Source: Chlamydiales bacterium
GTDB lineage: Bacteria > Chlamydiota > Chlamydiia > Chlamydiales > VFKH01
DNA: 64,000 bases
Reading direction: 5' to 3'
Assembly (NCBI GenBank): GCA_031292375.1
Contig: JARLHF010000049.1
Location: 4,377 to 68,376 of the forward strand
Positions 49,063 to 58,098 of the stretch are shown one piece after another. The notes beneath the pieces are model-generated. The model worked only from the letters and a program-made list of their open reading frames with translations. It was not told where the DNA came from and searched no databases. The position numbers were made by a program, and so were the translations under genes. Position 1 is the stretch's first letter. Each line of letters opens with the position of its first letter.

Positions 49063-50031
49063 ATGCAGCAAGAAGAGAGCGAAACGATTACGGTATCAGA
49101 AGATGAAGTAGGCATGCGTGTCGATAAATTCTTAGCCTTGCGCTACCCAGAACAATCACGAACATACTTTCAATACCTCATAGAAGAAAAACTTGTTCTC
49201 ATTAATGGCGAGCCAATAAAAAAACGAGAGAAGTTAAAACTTGATGATGAAATAGAGGTGGAGTTTGCACTCACACCTGAGCTATCTCTAGAACCAGAAA
49301 ATATCCCCTTAGACATTGTATATGAAGATGAATACATCATTGTCATTAATAAGCCAGTAGGCCTTGTTGTGCATCCAGCTCCTGGAAATTGGTCTCATAC
49401 CTTTGTCAACGCCCTTCTCTATCATTGTAAACACCTAAAAGATGTAGGAGAACCTCTCCGCCCTGGCATTGTACATAGGCTGGATAAAGAAACATCAGGG
49501 CTTCTAGTTGCAGCAAAAACAAAAGAGGCACATCAAAAGCTAGTTGCTCTATTTGCCTCTAGATCCATTTACAAAGAATACTTAGCTATCTGCATTGGCA
49601 TACCAGAAGAATGTGTCATTACAACACATATTGCAAGGCACCCTATCCACAGAAAAAAAATGTGTAATGCACAAACTGGAGGCAAGCTTGCCATTACAAG
49701 ATGCTATCCTATTGCAAAGCTCAACTGCTTTTCTTTAGTGCAATGCATACTAGAAAGTGGTCGTACACACCAAATACGCCTGCATATGCAGGCTAAGCAT
49801 GCCCCTATTTTAGGAGATAGCTTATATGGCAATGAAGGGCTAAATAAAAAACATTCTACAACAAGACAATTGTTACATGCCTATCGCTTGGGCTTAAAAC
49901 ATCCCATTACAGAGAAACCCCTACTCTTCGAAGCACCGATCCCAAAAGATATGCTTACCATCATACAAAAAACCATGCCCTGTCCCCATATACCAATAAG
50001 ATCTCATACTCCTTCTCATTCAGCGTGTTAA
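49063..50031 (+). CDS. rluD: RluA/RluD-family pseudouridine synthase
   Basis: N-terminal S4 domain, INKPVGLVVHP, GIVHRLDKETSG, SGRTHQIRLH, ILGDSLYG. Confidence 0.92.
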   Translation: MQQEESETITVSEDEVGMRVDKFLALRYPEQSRTYFQYLIEEKLVLINGEPIKKREKLKLDDEIEVEFALTPELSLEPENIPLDIVYEDEYIIVINKPVGLVVHPAPGNWSHTFVNALLYHCKHLKDVGEPLRPGIVHRLDKETSGLLVAAKTKEAHQKLVALFASRSIYKEYLAICIGIPEECVITTHIARHPIHRKKMCNAQTGGKLAITRCYPIAKLNCFSLVQCILESGRTHQIRLHMQAKHAPILGDSLYGNEGLNKKHSTTRQLLHAYRLGLKHPITEKPLLFEAPIPKDMLTIIQKTMPCPHIPIRSHTPSHSAC

Positions 50032-50168
50032 GATACATTTTCCTTATCTATAAATAAATCTATCACTTACTCGCAGAAAAAAAATTATAGCTGAATATCT
50101 CTTGGCTATTGTATGGTCGAACTTGCGAACGATTCAAGTTATAACCCACCTAATTTTGAGGTCTGACC

Positions 50169-50441
50169 ATGAAAGATTTTGTTGCCTATATTATTAAGAA
50201 CCTAGTTGACCACCCAGATAAAGTTAAGATCAATGAAATTGGGGGTACGCATACTCTCATCATTGAGCTTTCTGTTGAAAAATCTGATATTGGAAAAATC
50301 ATTGGTAAAAAAGGAAAAACGATCAATGCAATCCGCACACTACTTATGTCCGTTGCTAGTCGAAATGGCCTTCGTGTAAACCTTGAAATTATTGAAGAGC
50401 CAGGAACAGAAGGCCACTTCGAGGCTCATCATCACGAATAA
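50169..50441 (+). CDS. khpA: KH-domain RNA-binding protein KhpA
   Basis: IIKNLVDHPD, DIGKIIGKKGKTINAIRTLL. Confidence 0.9.
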   Translation: MKDFVAYIIKNLVDHPDKVKINEIGGTHTLIIELSVEKSDIGKIIGKKGKTINAIRTLLMSVASRNGLRVNLEIIEEPGTEGHFEAHHHE

Positions 50442-50483
50442 TATAAGAAATTGATTTTTGAACTTGTTTGTGTATATTAAGAT

Positions 50484-50556
50484 TGGACTGAGTAGGACTC
50501 GAACCTACGACCACCCGCTTAGAAGGCGGGTGCTCTATCCACTGAGCTATCAGTCC
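50484..50556 (-). tRNA. tRNA-Arg (UCU)
   Basis: GGACTGA acceptor, GCTC-AGTGGATA-GAGC D arm, CCCGC-CTTCTAA-GCGGG anticodon arm, GTAGG-TTCGAGT-CCTAC T arm; 73 nt; CCA not encoded. Confidence 0.95.
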
Positions 50557-50682
50557 AAGAGCGCTTATTCTATCCTCCTAGCCTCTTATTTTACAAGAGA
50601 GAATTAAAGAGAGCAATTCCTGAAAGCAATTTAAAAAAACATTGCAATATTGATTTCTAAAAAAAATAGCCGTTAACGATAA

Positions 50683-50730
50683 GAAAGCTCCTTGAATCCA
50701 AATACAAGGGGCATTATACAAGGAGCTTTC
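50683..50730. terminator. 12-bp inverted repeat downstream of small basic ORF
   Basis: gaaagctccttg ... caaggagctttc. Confidence 0.55.
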
Positions 50731-50812
50731 GCCCTAGGTATACATAAACAATTCTTGAGCTTGTTTGTGTATATATCCAGAACATGATTTGTAGGCTGAA
50801 GATCTTAAATTT

Positions 50813-50926
50813 CTATGCCGTTTCTTTTCCTTGTTTCTTTTCCTGCTTCTTGGCTTTGCGCTCTTTTGGAGTAAGTGCAGGCTTCTTCTTCTCTTCTTTA
50901 CGATGCTTTGTTACTTCTTTAGTCAT
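50813..50926 (-). CDS. 37-aa highly basic small protein (not in ORF track)
   Basis: AGGAGG RBS; MTKEVTKHRKEEKKKPALTPKERKAKKQEKKQGKETA. Confidence 0.75.
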   Translation of the reverse strand: MTKEVTKHRKEEKKKPALTPKERKAKKQEKKQGKETA

Positions 50927-51030
50927 ATATAACCTCCTGTGAACATTTCGAAGCTACTTGTTAATAACTCCAACGATAAAAGATATTATGCAGTATTCGA
51001 TTTTTCTAAAAACACTTTTTAGATTTTTTC

Positions 51031-51159
51031 TCATTCGAGCCTTCTAGAACGAAAATTCCTCTCTAATAGACTCCTGTTTTTTGAGGCTTTAGACCTCGGG
51101 TTTATATTGGAGATCGTAAAGATACTCCGTTTTTGGAGTAAGCCTTTTTTTGGCTTCAT
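51031..51159 (-). CDS. Possible 42-aa basic small protein
   Basis: AAGGAG RBS; MKPKKGLLQKRSIFTISNINPRSKASKNRSLLERNFRSRRLE. No family recognised. Confidence 0.35.
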   Translation of the reverse strand: MKPKKGLLQKRSIFTISNINPRSKASKNRSLLERNFRSRRLE

Positions 51160-51305
51160 TTTTACGCTCCTTGGTTAAGGGCGCGCGATTACATTATGTC
51201 TAATGTTTTTTATTTACAAAGTACATAGGATCTGATACAAGCTGTTGCTTTAAACTACCCGTATTGGTAGGGCTTTCTTAAGCAACTTGTTTTGGAGTAT
51301 ATATC

Positions 51306-51794
51306 GTGAAAAAGTTATGTCTTCTCTTCCTATCTACTAGCTTAGCATTTTCTTTCTCTCATCTCTACGCATCTGCATCCACTACATCTGTAATCACAAT
51401 GTCTGTGGCCCCCATCAATGAGCTTGCTATTTCAGGAGCCTCTACAACGCTTGCAATCACTAGCGCAACGGCAGGCACAGCTCCTGTTGATGCCGAGTCT
51501 AAAGGCCTAACCTATGCAATTACAACGAACCAAACTAACAAAAAAATCACAGGCTCTCTTGATTCTAACATGCCTTCTGGAACAACACTTCAATTAGTCC
51601 TAAATGCTCCAAGTGGAGCTACAAGCTCTGGCTCCCAAGCCCTTTCAACAACAGACATCTCTCTTGTAACGGGCATATCACACCTTGCGCAAGCAGGTCT
51701 TGGTATGACTCTAAACTTTGGCGCAACACCTGCAGCCGGAGTTATCTCTTCTTTTAACCGCACTGTTACTTTGACTCTTTTGGATGGTCCTTAG
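51306..51794 (+). CDS. Secreted pilin/fimbrial-like beta-sandwich subunit A
   Basis: Signal peptide; S/T/A/G-rich mature part; ITMSVAPINEL, YAITTN, MPSGTTL, RTVTLTL; GTG start. Confidence 0.65.
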   Translation: MKKLCLLFLSTSLAFSFSHLYASASTTSVITMSVAPINELAISGASTTLAITSATAGTAPVDAESKGLTYAITTNQTNKKITGSLDSNMPSGTTLQLVLNAPSGATSSGSQALSTTDISLVTGISHLAQAGLGMTLNFGATPAAGVISSFNRTVTLTLLDGP

Positions 51795-51908
51795 TACTTA
51801 CGCTCAATAGAATTAAATTAAAAATTTAATTTACAATCATTTCCGATTTGTGATAAGAATAATTTTATACGCGCATTGGACTTCTTGCATAATTTAGGAA
51901 AGATTGTA

Positions 51909-52394
51909 ATGAAAAATAAATTGTCTCTTACTTTGAGCACACTCTTATTTCTTACCTCTAACATCTATTCTTCAACTTCTACTACATCCGTAATCACAAT
52001 GTCTGTAGCCCCCATCAATGAGCTCTCTATTTCAGGCTCCTCTGCATCACTTACAATTAACAGCGCAACAGCAGGAGCATCTCCAAACTCAACTGGCTCT
52101 ACAGGTTTTACTTACGCTATTACTACAAACCAGGCCAACAAAAAAATTACAGGCTCAATTGACTCCAATATGCCATCTGGAACAACACTTAACATCATTC
52201 TCAATGCACCACATGGCGCTACAAGTGCAGGCGTTCAAGCTCTTTCTACAACAGCTACAACATTAGTTACTGGGATTTCAAAACTTGCACAAAGTGGACT
52301 TGCCATGACTCTTGGCTTTGCAACACAACCCTCTGCTGGAGTCATCAATTCTTTCAATCGTACAATCACTTTGACACTACTGGATGGCCCTTAA
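51909..52394 (+). CDS. Secreted pilin/fimbrial-like subunit B (paralog of A)
   Basis: About 74% identical to A over the 139-aa mature region by hand alignment; signal peptide from ATG 51909. Confidence 0.65.
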   Translation: MKNKLSLTLSTLLFLTSNIYSSTSTTSVITMSVAPINELSISGSSASLTINSATAGASPNSTGSTGFTYAITTNQANKKITGSIDSNMPSGTTLNIILNAPHGATSAGVQALSTTATTLVTGISKLAQSGLAMTLGFATQPSAGVINSFNRTITLTLLDGP

Positions 52395-55166
52395 ATTATA
52401 CGACAGCGCACCCTCGTCAATGAATTGGATCTTTCTTGATTTTTGTATTGCCTCAAACGAACAAGATTTCTTTTCTCCGGGGCGTATGTCGATGATACAT
52501 TCTCTTGCTTTTAATGAAACACCCTCTGGAAGTTCACATGAATGAATAATAACTTCCCATTGTCCTGGCCTTAAATGCTTAAAGACAAAAAGGCCTTGCT
52601 CGTTTGTTACCATCTGCATCTTCTCTTTTATTCTTATAGAACGAAGTACTATAAACGCCCTATGTACACCTTTTAATGCACCACTTTCACGGTCTATATA
52701 ACAAACTCTACCAGAAATTTCGGCCTCTTTAACCATTTGAATATTACAATTAGTTACCCTACCCTCTTGTACAGCAATTACCATGGGAAGTGGCTGTAAA
52801 GAAACAAAACCATCTAATTGCGCCTCCAAATTCAAGTAATAGTATCCAGCACCTAGATGAGAAAAACAAAAAGTCCCCCTTGAATCTGTTAAAGAGCGCT
52901 CTTGATTACACATTACACTTTTTCTAGCAATAGGAAAGCTGCCAGCTGAAACAATACCTTGAACTGTTCCTCCACTTTTCTTGCGTCCAATAGGAATATT
53001 TAAGGGAACTGTATAAGTAAGCAACATTTCTACTTCCGTAGATTGTTTTGTAGGAAATGCGACATGCCCAAAAGATGAATGAAAATAACGAGTAAAATCT
53101 TCTCTATTCCAAAATCCTTTTAATTTAAGTGCATGCTCGTTTGGAAAAACGTATTTTACTTCGCCGCTTGCAAAATTTCTCTTAAAATCTTTGGTACGCC
53201 ATGTATGCTCATAAAAGAGATTATAAAACCAATTCTTATAACCACAGAGAACCAAATTAACACCATAAACTTGTGCCCATTTAACACAATCCACAATCAT
53301 TTGGTATCCCTGCCTAGAATAAATAGCATACATTTCATATGAAGATGGCCTATAATGGATGTAGAGTTGGTAATTTTGCCAATGATGATCTTTGTTAAAC
53401 ACGCGTCTATTAATATGCTTTCCCTGCTCACAAACACCTTGCAGCATCCATTCACAGATAGTTTTATTAAAAACCAAGCTTAAATAATTGGTTGTATAGC
53501 TAATATCCTTCAATGGGTCCTTTACAACAGCATTATTATAAGAAAGAGATGCATAGATATCATATGGAAGAGGTGATGAGAGTGTAACCCATCTATTTTT
53601 ATCTCTGGTAGCTCGTTCTTTGTTGGGATCACGATCTAAATTATAACTGTAATAATTTTGAGAAATACTTGCTTGCACCCTTTTATAGATGGGAAAGCCA
53701 ATACTTGCATTGGTCTGTCTTGTATCACTGTAAAAGCCTACAAAACGAGGAGGTGCATAAATATTTTGAAACGTATACCAACACGACTTTAAAGGCTCTC
53801 CTTTTACATAAACATAAGTTGCATAGCGTGTTTTTTCATAACTAGAAGTTCCCTTACTTACAGCACATTCAGTGTCTATTTGAGCTTGCTTACAAAAAAA
53901 CAACTGACTTCTTGCTGAGTATGTATGCGCACTTCTTGGCTGATCTAATTGAAAGGCAGCCTGCTCACCTTGATCCGTCTTTAACTCACTCAAAGAGAAC
54001 CTACACCATTTAGCAGGCTTATATGCAGCATAAAAAGCGCCATTCTTTTCTGCAAAATAAGAAGAATCTTTAACATACATAGTGCCTACTTCAACAGGCC
54101 CAAAATAACCTGCATAACCAGCTCCCCAACCATAGCGAAAACTCATTGTCAATGGAGTCATCGTATAAATTCCATTACCAAGATAAATATTTTGTGCATG
54201 ATCACAGTAGCGAAAATAAGCATCTTCCTGCACGCATGTTAAGTCATAGGCAACATCTACTTGTTGAATAAATGGCGCTCGAAAATAGTAATCAATATGC
54301 CTATCCTTATTTTCATCCAAGTACCCACATCCTTGAGAGCCCACATAAACTTGTTTTTTTCCTCCATAAAATCCAGCTCCTAACTCAACTGAAGATGGAT
54401 AATAATTATAAATGTCATTTTTAGAATACCCTAAAGGGAACATATCTACAAGTGTTGTATGTGCAAAAACAACCTCCTTAGAACATATATCTAATACGTG
54501 CAAAGTTACAGTATGCGCTATATGGCACTTCACATTACGATCTGTATTCACTAGCACTTTTACACATCTTGCCTCTCCTGGATGTAATGTAATGCGCGGT
54601 GTTGGGCTAATATAGAGAGGAAAATGAAAGTGCTCTTTTGCAGTAATGCAAAGGTCGGCAGAAATATTTCCCCTGTTTTTCAAATAGAGTGTGATAATAT
54701 AACTCTCGCCAAGAAATCCATGTTTAGGAACATCTTCAACACACGCTTCTATTTCTGTTGTAGCCCCAATAATTATTTGAAACAAAGATTTTTCTATGAA
54801 ATTATGCCCTTCATCTTCTTTTAAAAAATAATAAAGGTCGTATATCTCGCTACAAGCACTTTTTGGAGCCTTTACTGCAACAAGTTGTAAAAAAGACTCT
54901 CCTGGCTCTAAAACAATTGGAGCAAATTCTTCTGGTATAACTGTCCAATCAGTAGGCGCTTCTATACCCCCTTTTAAACATACTTTTTTTTGAGAATCAT
55001 TCGTGATTAAAAAGCTTGCCGTTGCAACACCGCCACTTTCTATTTCTGTAACTTGTAAAGATTGTCTCTCTAAGCGAATGCCCTCATTTGAACCTGCAAA
55101 AATGTTCGTTAGAAACATGATACAAAATAAAAATAAACTGCTCACAAAGAAGCGTTGCAATTTCAC
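52377..55166 (-). CDS. 929-aa usher-like outer-membrane protein (N-terminal Ig-like domains, putative beta-barrel, two C-terminal prealbumin/carboxypeptidase-regulatory-like domains)
   Basis: Signal peptide; NEW3/COG1470-like N-terminus (FLITNDS, LKNRGN); aromatic-rich alternating strands; C-terminal TDSRGTFCFSHLGAGYY and TNEQGLFVFKHLRPGQW. Confidence 0.55.
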   Translation of the reverse strand: MKLQRFFVSSLFLFCIMFLTNIFAGSNEGIRLERQSLQVTEIESGGVATASFLITNDSQKKVCLKGGIEAPTDWTVIPEEFAPIVLEPGESFLQLVAVKAPKSACSEIYDLYYFLKEDEGHNFIEKSLFQIIIGATTEIEACVEDVPKHGFLGESYIITLYLKNRGNISADLCITAKEHFHFPLYISPTPRITLHPGEARCVKVLVNTDRNVKCHIAHTVTLHVLDICSKEVVFAHTTLVDMFPLGYSKNDIYNYYPSSVELGAGFYGGKKQVYVGSQGCGYLDENKDRHIDYYFRAPFIQQVDVAYDLTCVQEDAYFRYCDHAQNIYLGNGIYTMTPLTMSFRYGWGAGYAGYFGPVEVGTMYVKDSSYFAEKNGAFYAAYKPAKWCRFSLSELKTDQGEQAAFQLDQPRSAHTYSARSQLFFCKQAQIDTECAVSKGTSSYEKTRYATYVYVKGEPLKSCWYTFQNIYAPPRFVGFYSDTRQTNASIGFPIYKRVQASISQNYYSYNLDRDPNKERATRDKNRWVTLSSPLPYDIYASLSYNNAVVKDPLKDISYTTNYLSLVFNKTICEWMLQGVCEQGKHINRRVFNKDHHWQNYQLYIHYRPSSYEMYAIYSRQGYQMIVDCVKWAQVYGVNLVLCGYKNWFYNLFYEHTWRTKDFKRNFASGEVKYVFPNEHALKLKGFWNREDFTRYFHSSFGHVAFPTKQSTEVEMLLTYTVPLNIPIGRKKSGGTVQGIVSAGSFPIARKSVMCNQERSLTDSRGTFCFSHLGAGYYYLNLEAQLDGFVSLQPLPMVIAVQEGRVTNCNIQMVKEAEISGRVCYIDRESGALKGVHRAFIVLRSIRIKEKMQMVTNEQGLFVFKHLRPGQWEVIIHSCELPEGVSLKARECIIDIRPGEKKSCSFEAIQKSRKIQFIDEGALSYNLRAIQ

Positions 55167-55178
55167 TTCCGTTATTTT

Positions 55179-56012
55179 TTAACTTTCTGAGTCCTTGATA
55201 TCTAACGTATATTGGGTGCCAAACAAAGCCTTATCTCCCTGATCAAAAACAATGAGCGTCATATATTTTCCGGGTTGTAGATCAGAAATGTCTGGAGCAT
55301 ATCTGACAGAACACGTAGGATAAATGCGCCGCTTACAAAGCTCTGCTTTCTTGATGCACTTGCCTTGTAAATCAAACACTTCCATATGCATCTTGGGCTC
55401 CATTACAAGTGTACCTGTATTGAGCACATCAATAACGAGCAAAGTCTTTGCATCTTGCCTTACAAGTTCCTTACTAACAACTTTTAAATCGTACGCTCCA
55501 CTGCCTCGTATATTCGTGATGAGCTGGAAACCATATCTAACAACGGTTTGAACGTCAAGACTTTGTTCTTCTTTACTGCCTTGATTTACAACTTCATCTA
55601 TTGGCTCTATTAAAATTAATCCCCAATAAGTCCCCTGCAACAGGCTATCACAGGGCACTACAATTTTGTAATAAAAGTTGACTTGGCTACATGGTGGTAT
55701 TTTTAGCAATTCAGTGCTTAAATGCGTCCAAGGAGCATTAGAGCGCAGATGGCTCCCAGGATTTGAGTAAAACGTCTCGCCAGATGCATTATAAAGGTAA
55801 TCAGCAAGAGATACTTTGACACTTGCAACTTCATTTCCTGCATTAAAAATAGGAATAGAGCCTTCAATTACATTTCCAGGCAGTACATCTCTTTCAAATG
55901 TCATTACCTCCGGGATTTTTATTTGAGAGGCAAATATAGGAACTTCTATCAAAAAAAGCAAAATCCCTATACAAAAGAGGCGGACAGGAATTTTACACAC
56001 AAAATATAACAT
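55179..56012 (-). CDS. Secreted DUF916/PapD-like two-domain chaperone candidate
   Basis: Signal peptide; PGNVIEGSIPIFNAG, LRSNAPW, YKIVVP, GTYWGLILIEP, NTGT, RIYP, PGKY. Confidence 0.55.
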   Translation of the reverse strand: MLYFVCKIPVRLFCIGILLFLIEVPIFASQIKIPEVMTFERDVLPGNVIEGSIPIFNAGNEVASVKVSLADYLYNASGETFYSNPGSHLRSNAPWTHLSTELLKIPPCSQVNFYYKIVVPCDSLLQGTYWGLILIEPIDEVVNQGSKEEQSLDVQTVVRYGFQLITNIRGSGAYDLKVVSKELVRQDAKTLLVIDVLNTGTLVMEPKMHMEVFDLQGKCIKKAELCKRRIYPTCSVRYAPDISDLQPGKYMTLIVFDQGDKALFGTQYTLDIKDSES

Positions 56013-56508
56013 GTTTTCTCACAGGATATTTTTTCTCACCATCTTATCTGGATACTTCTTTTTTTCTAACCTTATTTTTTCAAATACTATCTTAGAACAC
56101 CCAGATGAGCATGTCCTTAACAACACATCTTCATTGACAATACACACAACAAATCCCCAGCCCCTAATCATCACTAGTTGCTTTGCAGGAAATGAACCCC
56201 GTCCTCTTTCTTCAACTACAGCAAGCTACACAATTACAAGTGATGCTCATAAGACGTGTAAAATTTCAGCTTTTCTAAATAACAGGATGCCGCAAAATAC
56301 ATCTCTTGCAATTCAGCTAGCAGCGCCTTCTGGAGCTCAAAGTACAGGCATGATAATGCTTTCTACTATTCCTCAAAACTTAGTACTTCACATTCCACCC
56401 CATACAAATGCTACACTACCCATTACCTATCTATTTTCCACCAAGTGCCAAGCAGGTATTCTCCCACTTACCACCAAAATGGTTACGTTCACCCTCGATA
56501 CAGAGTAA
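56011..56508 (+). CDS. Divergent third subunit C (minor pilin-like)
   Basis: Signal peptide. Shares with A/B: AG.EP, SYTITS, KISA...MPQNTSL, LAAPSGAQSTG..LST, AGI...VTFTL. Confidence 0.6.
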   Translation: MFSHRIFFLTILSGYFFFSNLIFSNTILEHPDEHVLNNTSSLTIHTTNPQPLIITSCFAGNEPRPLSSTTASYTITSDAHKTCKISAFLNNRMPQNTSLAIQLAAPSGAQSTGMIMLSTIPQNLVLHIPPHTNATLPITYLFSTKCQAGILPLTTKMVTFTLDTE

Positions 56509-56578
56509 AATTGCAATAAAGTCTGTTTTGAATTATCATCTTTGCTGATTCATCTTAAGTTAAAAACAAGTCAAGTAT

Positions 56579-57415
56579 ATGAAAAGCGTGAAAATTAAAG
56601 ATTTTTATATTGGATCCGCAACCCCTCTTGCCATTATGTCAGGTCCTTGCGTAATCGAAAGTGAAGAGCATTGCTTAAGAGCTGCGGAAACTTTAAAAAA
56701 TATTTTCTCTAAGCGTGATATAAATCTTATTTTTAAATCAAGTTACGACAAAGCAAACAGGTCAGCAAACGATACCTTTCGAGGTCCCGGCCTTCAAGAG
56801 GGCCTACGTATACTAGAGCGCGTACAAAAAGAGCTCGATTTGCCAATAATTACAGATGTTCACTCACCAGAAGAAGCAAAAATTGCAGGGGCTGTTTGCG
56901 ACATCATCCAAATTCCTGCTTTCCTATGCAGGCAAACAGACCTGATCCTTGCTGCAGGAGCCACCAAAGCTGCTATTAATGTAAAAAAAGGGCAATTTAT
57001 GGCTCCTTGGGACATGGGAAATGTTGTAGACAAACTTTTATCCACTGGTAACGACCGCATTATCTTGACAGACAGAGGCACATCTTTTGGCTATAACAAC
57101 TTGGTCTGTGATATGAAGGCAATTCCCATCATGCAAAAGTTTGGCTACCCAGTATGTTTTGATGCATCTCACGCTGTACAACTGCCAGGAGGCCTTGGTA
57201 AAAGCACTGGAGGCCAAAGAGAGTTCATTCCAACACTTGCAAAAGCTGCCATTGCTGCTGGCTGTAATTGCCTTTTTATTGAATCCCATCCAAGTCCAGC
57301 CAGTGCAAAAAGCGATGCCTCTAGCGTGCTTGACTTCAAAGACTTACCCTCGCTTCTTTGGCAATTAGAAATGCTTTATAAAACATGTCTACTTACTCCC
57401 CCGAAGGATCTGTGA
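56579..57415 (+). CDS. kdsA: KDO8P synthase
   Basis: GPCVIES, KSSYDKANRS, QIPAFLCRQT, KKGQF, RGTSFGY, FDASHAVQLPG. Confidence 0.97.
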   Translation: MKSVKIKDFYIGSATPLAIMSGPCVIESEEHCLRAAETLKNIFSKRDINLIFKSSYDKANRSANDTFRGPGLQEGLRILERVQKELDLPIITDVHSPEEAKIAGAVCDIIQIPAFLCRQTDLILAAGATKAAINVKKGQFMAPWDMGNVVDKLLSTGNDRIILTDRGTSFGYNNLVCDMKAIPIMQKFGYPVCFDASHAVQLPGGLGKSTGGQREFIPTLAKAAIAAGCNCLFIESHPSPASAKSDASSVLDFKDLPSLLWQLEMLYKTCLLTPPKDL

Positions 57416-58098
57416 AAAAAAAACCTCTATTAGACTTCTTGCGTAATTACATTTGCTTGTTAAAAATTTCAATTTTAACAAGCAAAGCTAATTATGCAAG
57501 AGGTCTATTTTTCTATTCTATCCTCTCTGTTTTTGTAATAAGTCTTTTTCTTTTAGCTACTCTATTTTATGTAACAAATGAGGATGCTCTTCTCTATCAA
57601 GATCTTATGAAAAAACATTACATGTCTTCCAACCGTTCATCCTTTTTAAATACAAAACAAAAACGATCCGTTGTACACAAAGAAATTTGGCTTACAAAAG
57701 AAAATTCAAGACATAAAATAGATATTGAAAGTCCTTATTCCGAAATTGTCATCGTAAACCAAGCACATACATCCACCATCCAAGAAAAATTAAAAAACGC
57801 CAATCTTGTCATACAAGAAAAGCTCTATTTTAACCTTGATAAACCGATGCAAGAAATTCGTCATCTCTCTGCAGAAGAAGCAACGTTCTCCTACCAAGAC
57901 CGATTATTTATAGCAAGCAACGTTGCATTATCTTCTTTTTCTTGTCCAGGACACTCTCTACCAAAAAAATTAAATTCTGAATTTCTTACAATGAAAGGAC
58001 AAGCTAGTAAGGTCTATTTTAACGTAGACCAAACAACTTTTGATCTCAATGCAAAGGATTTAAAAGCAAACTTCTTTCCAACTAAAGACGCATTATGA
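57385..58098 (+). CDS. LptC-like membrane-anchored protein
   Basis: Single N-terminal TM then beta-rich region; position kdsA-(lptC)-(lptA)-lptB. Start uncertain. Confidence 0.5.
   Translation: MSTYSPEGSVKKKPLLDFLRNYICLLKISILTSKANYARGLFFYSILSVFVISLFLLATLFYVTNEDALLYQDLMKKHYMSSNRSSFLNTKQKRSVVHKEIWLTKENSRHKIDIESPYSEIVIVNQAHTSTIQEKLKNANLVIQEKLYFNLDKPMQEIRHLSAEEATFSYQDRLFIASNVALSSFSCPGHSLPKKLNSEFLTMKGQASKVYFNVDQTTFDLNAKDLKANFFPTKDAL

Noticed and set aside
50985-51025. Sigma28-like promoter for the 37-aa basic ORF (AAAAGTGT...ATCGAATA on minus strand)
   Set aside because: The spacing is one base short and both boxes are imperfect; too weak in AT-rich DNA.
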